Assembly (NCBI RefSeq): GCF_009914755.1
Contig: NC_060933.1
Origin: the human T2T-CHM13v2.0 reference genome, Homo sapiens
Length of the DNA stretch: 64,000 nt
Direction: 5' to 3' (one strand)
In this document: one piece after another, positions 20,801 to 32,329 of the stretch
Position numbering within the stretch: position 1 is the stretch's first letter
Layout of the letters: each line of letters opens with the position of its first letter
Notes under the pieces: model-generated
The model's input: the letters and a program-made list of their open reading frames with translations, nothing else
Database searches by the model: none
What the model was told of the DNA's origin: nothing
Made by a program: the position numbers and the translations under genes

Positions 20801-21595
20801 TTTAAAATGTCACCTGTCAAGCGACTGCTTATGAAGGGTTTTTCCTCAACTAAGTATTTCTAAATGAGTCTGAGGTCTGTTGGTCTTCAATCTCTACCAA
20901 AACCCAGAGAACTTGATGATGACTTTGTTTTCAGAGAATCCTTTCAACGTGCTGGCTGACAGTTCCATGAGGATGGCAAAAGTGAAGAAATTGTAGAGCC
21001 AGTAAAAAAGAGATGGATACACTTCTTGGGAATTTTTTAAGCTATCGGACATGATGAATTAATGGTACATGAGTATACTCTTCACTGTGAAAGTTTTTGT
21101 TTTCACATCTTTCACTAGATGTGTGTAAGGAAAAGATACTGAACGTAGTATCTACTAACCCAATAATGAAAAGGAATGCCATTTGCTATTTACACTTTAT
21201 TACTAAAATAAACCTAAATTTAATTAATAAATTTTGGAAACATACTTTTCTTTGTTTCTGTAATTATTTGTTCTACACAGTCCGGCTCCATCTAAAATAC
21301 GTTAAAAAAATAATAATGTTTAAGTTAAACAAGAGACATTATCATGAGAATAATATATCACTTACAAAATGTGGCCTTTAGTATTTTTAGGGACTAGACG
21401 TAACATGAAGTTTGCTTAAAAAGAAAAGTAATCACATAAATAAAGTAAAATTCCTGCTTATTTTAAGTTTAGATAATAGAGGATGTATCTGTGCAATGCT
21501 GTTTAGAGTAATCTGACAAAAATAGATAATATTGGTCTATTGGATATACATAATTTTAGAAAGGTGGTGTTTTATTAGTACAAAGGTTAAATAAT

Positions 21596-21904
<309 letters not shown>

Positions 21905-22049
21905 TTAAAGTCATATTTTGCAATGAATGCATTGCTTTGAAATTCTTAGCAAAACTCTGTCCTTTGTAAAAGTTTAATCCATTTTTTTACTTCAGTAATT
22001 TTTTTCTTAAAAAGAAATTTATATTTACTTACAGAAAATTTCTTATAGT

Positions 22050-22810
<761 letters not shown>

Positions 22811-22971
22811 TGAACCTTTCAGTGTTTTGTTTATTTAATTCATAAAATGCACTTATTTTGGATTCTATTAAATAATAAATATCTACATGTCATTAAGTGT
22901 TTGGTTGTCATTCACTTGTGATTATGGGTGGAAAGAGTTAAGATGATGCAAAGAAACTTTAGAAGTGGTAT

Positions 22972-23268
22972 AGGCTGGGCATGGAGGCTCACCCCTGTAA
23001 TCCCAGCACTTTGGGAGGCTGAGGCGGGTGGATAACAAGGTCAGGAGATTGAGACCAGCCTGGCAAATATGGTGAAATCCCATCTCTAGTAAAAATACAA
23101 AAATTAGCCAGGTGTGGTGGTGGGCACCTGTAGTCCCAGCTACTCAAGAGGCTGAGGCAGGAGAATCACTTGAACCCAGGAGGCGGAGGTTGCAGTGAGC
23201 CGAGATCGTGCCACTGTACTCTAGCCTAGGCAACAGAGCGAGACTGTCTCAAAAAAAAAAAAAAAAAA
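22972..23268 (+). mobile_element. Alu (AluS)
   Basis: Consensus arms and A tail. Confidence 0.9.
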
Positions 23269-24291
23269 GTGATGTGAACCACAGACAAACTACAATCAAG
23301 TAGAGTAAGACCCTAGGTGTACCACCACCACTGCCACCGAGGCCTTCGTTACAGCACCCACAGGTTCCTCCCCACCCCAGAACGGGATGGGCCCTGCAGT
23401 GCTCCTACTCCCCCTTCCCGGCCCCCAGACTTCCTACTGCTACCACCACTAGCGCCGATGCCAATACAACCACCGTCACCCTCAATGTACCAGCCCACCC
23501 TACCAGGCTCCTACCACCTGGCCCCCGTGGGTGTCCTCCTACCGCTCTGATCGAGCTGCAGTCTCCATCACCACCACCAACCACATGAGGCAAGCTGCAG
23601 AACCACGTCATCTGCAGGCTAAACCGTACCACAGGCAACTCCTCCTTCTCCTCCTTCAGCCTGGCTTGGAGCAGCTGGGCAGGCAAAGCCCGAAAAGCCC
23701 AAAACAGGATTCAGGGAGTGGAACCGTTAGAGCCTCACCTTGTCACACTGGTGACTGGGTGGCAGGGATCAGTTTCATTGAAGGCACTCACACCCACCTT
23801 CCAAAGTCCAGCCTCTCCTTCTGGCAAGAGCTGGCCAGGAACTGGGGCCTGGGGTGGGAGTGAGTGCCTTCACTGAAACCAGCCCCTGGCCAGGTCCACC
23901 CGGCCAGGAATTACTGGGCCCACCAGGGCTGCCTTCCTCGGGGAGCCTGAGTAGGAGAAACTCAGACCCAGCCAGCCCTCCCCACCCAAGGGCTGGTTCC
24001 CATTCCTGACGCCTCCACCCACAGTGCCCTGTCCCCCACTTCCCCCGTGGTGCCTACTACTCCCTGCCCAGTAGTCCCAGGTGGTCTCTGCAACACAGAG
24101 CATGAGGGCGGGACGGGAAATCACAGTGGGTGTGGGGGCCCTGCGGTGCAATCTAGCTCAAGCAGGAGAAGATCTCCTTCTAGAGTCTGGAGTCCGGCAA
24201 GAAGAGAACGATCCCTTACTTGGAAGCCACCAGAAGGAAGAAGGAGGCCATTACTGTTGCTGCCTTTGCCACCTCCTCAGCTCGCCAACAC

Positions 24292-24945
24292 CGCTGGCAG
24301 TGTAGCCCCCGTAGCACCCCTAATCTGCCCCCTGCCACTAGCAGTGTAGCCCCCAGATAGCACATCCAACACACCCTACAGTTTCAGGCAATGTAACCCC
24401 AATACTCCCCCCCAAAGCACTCCCCCCACACCGCAGGGAGTGTACCATCCGATAGTGCCCACAATCTGACCCAGCCACAGGTGTTGCTGCACTGGATAGC
24501 ATCCCAAACCCGCCTCCCCCCACTCCACCCCAGCAGTTCAGCTCCTGATGGCGCACCCCCCAGTCACAGGCAGTACAGCACCCAACAACGCCCCTAAACC
24601 ACCCCCCACTGCCAGCATTGTAGCCCTGGGTAACGCCACCCAACCCACCCCCTGCTGCGGGAAGTGCAGCAGAAGATAGCGCCCCTAACCCTTCCCCAGC
24701 CACCAGCAGTACACGTTAGTGTACACAACCTGCCTCCCGCCACCACTCCTGCCACCGCGGGCAGCATAGCCCCAGATAGCCAGTCAACCTGCCCCACCAC
24801 CAGCAATGCAACCCCGGAGAGTGCCCCCAACCAGACCACTACCACAGGCAGTGTAGCCTCTAGCAGTGAGCCCCAATAGGACACCCAACCCTTGCCCCCA
24901 GAGACGTACAGGGCAGCCCCGGAACACTCACCTACCCCAACACAT
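24292..24945 (+). repeat. C-rich degenerate ~45-50-bp tandem array (GGCAGTGTAGCCCC-GATAGC-CCC...)
   Basis: Roughly a dozen recurrences of gcagtgtagcccc/gatagc followed by C runs. Confidence 0.75.
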
Positions 24946-25309
24946 TTCTACCACTGTGGCCGAGCTGCAGTCTCCGACGTCACCACCAACCACAGCAAGG
25001 CGAGCTGCCACCAACCACATCGAGGTGAGCCACGGTGGCACAGGCTCCAGCCTCCAGCATGTGGCGTTCCCTCTCCCTTCTCCTAGTCCTCCAGCCCGGC
25101 AGAAGAAGCTCCCGCTGCCAGCCGCCCTCCTACTGGTCTGTGGCCACCACCAACCGCAGCGAGGTAGTGTCCCAGGCTCCAGGGATCCAGGTTCCATCCG
25201 TTCTCCAGCCTCCATCAGGCGGAAGGTGGCTCCCCCTTCCAGTTCTGTAAGCCGGGCACAGAGCAGCTCCTCAGCTCGACACAGAAGAGCTTGAAATGAC
25301 CTGACATGA

Positions 25310-25575
25310 CCTCAGCATGCTTTATCTACTGAGGTTATGCAAAAGCCGTTCCTGGACTACATGTTCTGATTGGACGAGAGAAAAACCTCTAGGCCTACTT
25401 TGATTGGACTTTATTTTCATGCTGTGGTTGGTTGTTAAGACTTGCTCTCATCCAATCAGAACATGATCATGAAGTCCAATCAGAGTAAGCCTGGAGGTTT
25501 TTTTCTCATCCAATCAAAACATGCAGTCCAGGATCCTCCGTGGGCATAACGGCAGTATATAAATGATGCTGAAAA
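25310..25575. promoter_or_regulatory. Palindromic, probably bidirectional promoter: mirrored CCAAT boxes, TATA box and MYB-like cores
   Basis: ATTGG 25369, 25403 (and GTTGG 25427) mirror CCAAT 25510, 25476, 25452 about 25441.5; TATATAAA 25556-25563 mirrored by TTTATCTA 25321-25328; TAACGG 25547, GCCGTT 25345. Confidence 0.65.
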
Positions 25576-25754
25576 GAAATCTGGTCTTTTCAGGTTCCCG
25601 TACTGACGTGTCGAGGTGGTCGCATCCCGGCGTAGAGGACTAGGAATCGGGAGTCACTGGCCGTATGCTGGAGGCTGGAGACGCGGGAGCGTGGCTTGCC
25701 TCGCTGCGGTTGTTGGCAGCGATGGAGATGGCGCGGCTGGAGAGGTAGAAGAAG

Positions 25755-26700
25755 GAAAACAGTTTTGGGATAGTTGGAGGGGGGTAAAGAGGGTAGTTAA
25801 TGCCAAGGGGAAAAAAAGGATAGCAGGAGAAGGGGTTGCAAAAAGATGGCGGCGAAAAGATGGTGGGGAAAAAAGTTTTTGGGTACATGGAGGCGGAAAA
25901 ACAGGGTGGGGAGCGGGAGGGAGGGAAGGTTTTGCAGAAAGCCGGTGGGTAAAAAGTGTTTCGATAGATGGAGGGGGGAGAGAGTGACGAGGAGGAGGAA
26001 AGAGGGTGGGGAGAGGGAGCAGGGATTAGAGGGTTGGGAAAACGACGGGAAAATAGTTTGGGGTAGATACAGGACAAAAAAGAGGATGGCAAGCAGGATT
26101 GGGGAAAGAAGAGCACGAGTGGTAAAGGGGGGAGACTTTGAAAAGATGGTGGGGAAAGTTTTGGGGGGTGGATGGAGGGGGGAAAGAGGAAGATGAGCAG
26201 CAGTGGGGAGAAGGCTTTGTGAAAAGATGGGGGAAATGTTTTTGGGTAGATGGAGAAGGGAAAGAGAAATGGCAAGGAGGAACGGGGGGAAAGACGATGA
26301 AGAACACAGTTTTTGGGTGGATGAAGGGGGAAAAGACGGTGGTGAGCAGCAGGAGTGGGGAGAAGGTTTTGGGAAAAGGCGGGGGAAAATGTTTTTGCTT
26401 AGATGAAGGAGCAAAAGAGTGTGATGCGGGAGGGGTAAAAAGAGGGTGGCCAGGGATAAGAGGAAAAGACGGTGGGAAGAAACAGTGGGGAAAGGGTTTG
26501 GGTCGGTGGATGGGGAAAAGGGTGTTGAGCAGGAGAGTAGAGAAGGCTTTGCGAAATGATGGTGGAGAAAAATGGTGAAGAAGTTTGGGGGCAGATGGAG
26601 GAAGAAAAAGCGTGGCCAGAGGGAGGGGGTCAAAGGTGGTCGGGAAAAGAAGGTGTAGGGAAATAATGGTGGGGGACAAAGGTTTTGGGTAGATTTTTTT
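25755..26700 (+). repeat. Purine/G-rich degenerate tandem array (~11 units, 70-115 bp; core GGGGAAAAAGTTTTTGGGTAGATGGAGGGG)
   Basis: Recurring ttttgggtagatggagg cores; very few C on the + strand. Confidence 0.85.
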
Positions 26701-26847
26701 AATAAGATCGTTTGTATTTTTTCTTTTGAGTAGTTTGAATTCTTTATATATTTTGTGGATGAACCCGTTGTCTGATGCATAGTTTGCAAATACTTGCTTC
26801 CATTCTCTGGTTGTTTCTTCATTTTTAAAAAATTTTAATTTAATTTA

Positions 26848-27137
26848 ATTTTTTTTAGACGGACTCTCGCTCTGTCGCCCAGGTTGGAGTGCAGTGGCAC
26901 GGTCTCGACTCACTGGAAGCTCTGCCTCCTGGGTTCACGCCATTTTCCTGCCTCGGCCTCCTGAGTAGCTGGGACTACAGGCGCCTGCCACCACACCCGG
27001 CCAATGTTTTTGTATTTTTAGTAGAGACGGGGTTTCACCGCGTTAGCCAGGATGGTCTCGATCTCCTGGCCTCATAATCGGCACGCCTCAGCCTCCCAAA
27101 GTGCTGGGATTACGGGCATGAACCATTATGCCTGGCC
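26848..27137 (-). mobile_element. Alu (AluY/Sc-like)
   Basis: Antisense consensus with T tail. Confidence 0.9.
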
Positions 27138-27808
27138 TTAAAAGGCTAATTTTTGTCTTAAGATTTGTGGTAAGGAAGGAGAAAGAAACAAATTAGTAAT
27201 CACAAATATACATATAATCACAATATGCAGTAGGTTCTATAAAGGAAAAACAGGGTGTTATGTGGAGTTTAACAAGGACAGTGAATTATAATAGTAGGTT
27301 CCATGGAGAAAGTCACCTAAGAAAGTTATACTTTAGCTCCAACATGAAGAATAAAGACAAATGAGGCAGGTACGGTGAGTGAGGAGCAGTGGCCCAAACA
27401 GACCAGAGAGTGAATGGCCTGACAGGAATTTTTTGGAAAGAATTTGAAGGAGGTCAGTGGGACTAAATCACAAAACAAAGGAGGATGCCAAAGAAAGGGT
27501 GTGGACATTGGCTGGGCCTCGTCAGCTACTATAAAGATTTTTTTAAGAACCCTAAATGCAAAGGAAATCATTCCCAGGCTTTTAAGCAGGGGCATGATAT
27601 TATCTGAATTGCATTTTAAAAATCTCACTCTGGACATTGTATAAATGATAGATAGCAAAGGAAAAGGAGTAGCTTTGAGGGAAAAAATGAGGAGCCTGGG
27701 AAAACAGCAACTCTAGGTGTGAGATGAAGACTGACAGTGCTTCAGAGTGTATTAAGAACATAGGGCACAAAAACATATTAAAAACGTGAAATAAAAAGCA
27801 CACATCTT

Positions 27809-28100
27809 AGGCCGGGCATGGTGGCTCATGCCCATAATCTCACACTTTGGGAGGCCAAGGCAGGCTGATTACTTGAGATTAGGAGCTCGAGACCAGCCTG
27901 GCCAACATGGTGAAACCCCATCTCTACTAAAAATACAAAAATTAGCCAGGCATGGTGGTACACACCTGTAATCCCAGCTACTCAGGAGGCTGAGGCACAA
28001 GAATCACTTGAACCTGGGAGGCAGAGGTTGCAGTGACCCAAAATCACGCCACCGCACCCCAGCCTGGGTGACAAAGCAAGACTCAGTCTCAAAAAAAAAA
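27809..28100 (+). mobile_element. Alu (AluSx-like)
   Basis: Consensus arms and A tail. Confidence 0.9.
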
Positions 28101-28698
28101 CATAATAAGATGGGGAGGACTAAAGACAACGAGGATCTTAAAAGTAGTCAGAGGAAAACATACCAGGAATAATCAGTTGCATTTTTAAATACCAGCAAAA
28201 AGTTACATTAAGTAGATTTTTAAAAAGATACTTAGAATAACAAACACATGATCAATCTATTATATACATGGCATGATAAATTTAGACTGTTCAAAATATA
28301 TAACACTTTAGTCAGAGGTATTAAAAGAAAAACTGAATAAAGTTATGATAGATGATCATGGATGGGAAGACAGTAACATAAAGATTTTGGTTTTCAAATA
28401 TGATCATATATGCAATACAATTTCTGTCAAAATAATGACAGATTTTTATGGAAATTCCAAAAATATCTTAAATTTTATATGAAAGATAAGAGGGCCAAAC
28501 ATAGCCAAGACAATTTTGAAGGAGAACAAGGCAAAAATTAGCACAGAGAGGGCATGTTTTAAGTTTATAATAAATTTGATAGGTGATAATAGAGCAAAGA
28601 TAGTGGTTGTATAAGAGAAGAGAATACAGGCTAAGGAACAGAATCACAATCATAAGGAAATTTTATATATGACCAAAGTGGCATTGAAAATAATTTGG

Positions 28699-29003
<305 letters not shown>

Positions 29004-29676
29004 ATAATTTGGCAAAAGAATGGATATGGCAGGGCGGCTAAACACTGGGTTTTTCAAGTTGTTTTGATTATTCTAGGTTACCTGCTTTCCTATATAAATT
29101 TTAGAATCATCTTGTCAATCTTGTCAATACATACAAAAAATCCTTCTAAAAGATTTACTGAGATTGTTTTGAATCTGTAGATCAATTTGGGGAGAATTGA
29201 TATCTTAAAAATATTGAGTCTTTGACCATGAACATGTGTCTCTCCATTTATTTAGGTCTTCTTTAGTTCCTTTTATCACTATTTTGTAGTTTCAACGTAT
29301 ATCTCCTGCATATACTTAATTGGCTTTACATCTTAATATTTTATATGTTATTGGTACCTTATAAATTGTACTTAAACATTTTTAAATTCAGTTTTTTGGC
29401 TAATGAATACAAATGCAATTGATTTTTGTGACCTTATGTCTTGTGATCTTCCTAAACTCAGTTATTAGTTTTGGTAGTTTGTTGTTGAATCTATAGAATT
29501 TTCTGCATAAAAATAAAACATGTAATCTTCAAATTAAAGAATTTTACTTCTTCCATTTAAATAAGATCACTTTCTATATCTTATTTTTATTGGCTAGAAT
29601 GGCTAGGATCTCTAATACATTGTTGAATAGGAATGAAAGGGTGGTCATTTTTGCTGTGTCCTGATATTAGAAGAAG

Positions 29677-29679
<3 letters not shown>

Positions 29680-29716
<37 letters not shown>
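29680..29716. repeat. (TG)n microsatellite at the position of the retrocopy poly(A) tail
   Basis: About 18 units between the TSD and the 3' UTR end. Confidence 0.95.
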
Positions 29717-29717
<1 letters not shown>

Positions 29718-30831
29718 TATTGCAAAATAAATTTATTTGAAGATAAAATGTCTTATAAAAGGTCAGAGGCAATTCGAGATCCCAGATTCAGCTTGTCTCA
29801 TAAAAAGATTCAACTTCAAGTAGCACAATTTCTTGTCTGCTTTTAATCCTGAACATTCTTGAAGCACGAAACAGCCAACTGTTTACACAACACACATATG
29901 TGACATCTTGACTCTGGCACCAGTGGCGCCGCAGCTTTCAGCTCTGAGGCCGCAGGGGCTGCAGCCCTCAGCTTCGGGAGGGCCCAGATCAGGCCACTGT
30001 GACCTTTGGCTTTGCCAGCAACAACAGGTCCCAGCATCCCAGCCCTTCCCTCCCCTGGCGCCTCCCAAAAGCACAAGAATGCAAACCGAGACTGGCCCAC
30101 CACTGAGGCAGGGGTGGACTCCCGCCTGAGTGTGCCAACAGGGCAGGTGGACCGTCCTGGTGACTTCCTGGTGGGCCTGGCCAACCAAGAGGCCAGGTGG
30201 CCTCACCGGGCCTGACCTGGCTGCCTGGCAGCCCAGAGAGGAAGGAGGAAGGACGCTCATGGTGCAATAGCTCTGGCCACGCTGGCAGGAGCTACGTGAT
30301 GATCCTGGAGATGGCTTGCAGGGAGGGGAAGTCGTCGTCCCGGGCAGCATGCAGCGCCTGGTGGCTGCTGGCGTCGCCATGCGTGAGCACCTGCTGGCAG
30401 GTGGGGCACACACGGCAGTCCAGGCCCGCCTGCTGGGTGGTGGCCTGCCACGCACTCTTCTTGTTGTTCTTGGACTTGGTGCTGAGAGTCTTCTCGCGGT
30501 TGCCGAAGTCCGTGTGTGCAGACAGGATCTCCTGCTGCTTGGCCGTGTCGGGCAGCAGGACCAGCAGCTCATTAAAGACCTTCTGGAAATTCTCCCCCAG
30601 CAGACCCCGGCAACTCTTGTAATACTGGGCTGCGGAGATCAGGCCCTGTCTGAACTCCCCTGAGTGGCTCTTGAACTCGCTGAAGCGGGCCTCGTCGCTC
30701 TGCAGGAAGTCCCTGATGGACTGGATGAGCTGAAGTTTCCTCTCCCAGAAGTTCTCGGGGACTAGGTAGGCCCGTGGGGCAGGCGGCGGCCTGGGTGCTT
30801 TTGTGGTGGTGGTGGTGGCGGTGGCGGTGGC

Positions 30832-30875
<44 letters not shown>

Positions 30876-31056
30876 GGTTGGGGGCTAGGCAGAAGGCCAG
30901 CGAAGCCGGGGGGCGGCTTGCTGATTGGGGGCACCAGGCCTGGTGGGGGAGGGGGAGGCGTGCCCTTCAGGAGCACCACAGCGCTGAAGCCTGGGGGCGG
31001 CGGCATCCGGGGTGGGCGGGGGCCGCCGAGCGCTGGGAAGTCCTCCTGTGGCGTGG
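29717..31056 (-). pseudogene. 5'-truncated processed pseudogene of ZNF598 (C-terminal coding part plus 3' UTR)
   Basis: Translates as PTPQEDFPALGG..MPPPPGFSAVVLLKGTPPPPPPGLVPPISKPPPGF then, after a frameshift, TTTTTKAPR..AYLVPENF..QLIQSIRDFLQSDEARFSEFKSHSGEFRQGLISAAQYYKSC..CRVCPTCQQVL..DDDFPSLQAISRIIT* (stop 30292-30294), which I recognise as the ZNF598 C-terminus. No introns; AATAAA at 29737-29732; TSD GAAGAAGAGC at 29670-29679 and 31057-31066. Confidence 0.92.
30803..30874. repeat. Compound triplet repeat (GTG)5(GCGGTG)3(GCG)13
   Basis: Read directly; the ORF track shows V5(AV)3A13 on + and R13(HR)3H5 on -. Confidence 0.95.
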
Positions 31057-31501
31057 GAAGAAGAGCATTTTATCACTAAATACGATGTTAGTTGCAGGTT
31101 TTTGGTCAGTATACTTTATCAGGTTGAGGAAGTTTCTTCAATTCATAGTTTCCAGAGAGTTTTTAATCAGGAATTAATATTGGATTTTGTAAAATGCTTT
31201 TTCTGCATCTGCGGACATGGTCATAGAATTTTTCATCTTTATTCTGTTAATATGGCACATTATATTAATTGATTTTCAAAATTAAAGCAACCTTGTATTT
31301 CTGGGATAAACCCCATTTAGTCATCATGTATGAACTGTTTTATATATTGTGTGATTCATTTAGCTACATTTTTATTAACTGGATAATTCTTGTGTCTGTG
31401 TGCATGGTGGGGATTATCATCTGCAGTTTTATTTTCCTGTAATATCTATTTTCCTGTAATATCTGCTCTGAAACCAAAAAAGGTTTCAGAGTAATGCTGG
31501 C

Positions 31502-31854
31502 TGCTGTGGTCTGAATGTTTGTGTTTCCCCCAAAATTCACTGCATTGAAACCTAACCACCAATGCAATAGTATTAAGAGGTGGGAACTTTAGGAGATGAT
31601 TATTTCGTTAGGGTGGAGACCTCATAAATGGGATTAGCGCTCTCATAAAAGAGGCACAAGGGAGTTCATTCACCTCTTCCACCTTGTGAGGACACATAGC
31701 AGGTGCCATCGATGAGGAATTGACAGATGCTGAATCTGCTGGCACATTGATCTTGGTCTATCCTTACTCCAAAAGTGTGAGCAATAACTTTCTTGTGTTT
31801 ATAGATTACTCAGTATAAGTTATTTCGTGATAGCAGCCTGAATGGACTGAGACA
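31502..31854 (+). mobile_element. MaLR solo LTR (MLT1A-like) with 5-bp TSD CTGGC
   Basis: tgctgtggtctgaatgtttgtg...aatggactgagaca; CTGGC on both sides. Confidence 0.85.
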
Positions 31855-32329
31855 CTGGCTTTATAGAGTAAGTTGGAAAATGTCTCCTCCTCTTCAATTT
31901 TCTAGAAGAGTTTGTGTATAATCAACATTATTTACTCCTTAAATATATAGTGCTATTTGACAGTGAAGCCATATATGTTTAGGGTTTTCTTTGTGGGTAT
32001 GTTTTTAACTATGTTTAATTTTTAATAGATATATTTATTCTTGAGTGCCCTTTGGTAATTTATCTATTTCAAGGAATTTCATCTAAGTTGTTGAATATAT
32101 TAACATAAAGTTGTTAATATTCTCTTATATCCTTTGAATATCTGTAGAATCTATGACTTTATTAATCTCAAAGAACCATTTTTAATTCATTTCTTTATAT
32201 TTTTTCTCTTTTCTATTTCATGGTTACTAATCTTTATCTGTCCCTTTGGCTTATTTTCTTTATCTTTCCCTTTGGCTTATTTAACTTTCATATTCTCTTC
32301 CAATTTGTTGTGCTTATTGTGTATGTCAG

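Larger units (their letters stand above)
29070..31500 (-). mobile_element. Old L1M ORF2 remnant, split by the ZNF598 retrocopy
   Basis: L1 antisense text resumes across the insertion: tcctgatattagaagaagagc | attttatcactaaatacgatgttagttgcagg...ttatcaggttgaggaagttt. Confidence 0.75.

Noticed and set aside
20930-21065. Exon-like segment (ttttcAG ... atg|gtacat) in AT-rich unique DNA
   Set aside because: Stops in all three frames and no protein I can recognise; may be a duplicated gene fragment but cannot be supported without BLAST
25640-26822. Long ORFs (341, 217, 211 aa) on both strands
   Set aside because: Low-complexity F/P/S or G/K/E translations of the purine-rich array, which lacks stops by composition
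30197-31177. Plus-strand ORFs including poly-Ala and poly-Arg frames
   Set aside because: Antisense shadows of the GC-rich ZNF598 retrocopy and its triplet repeat
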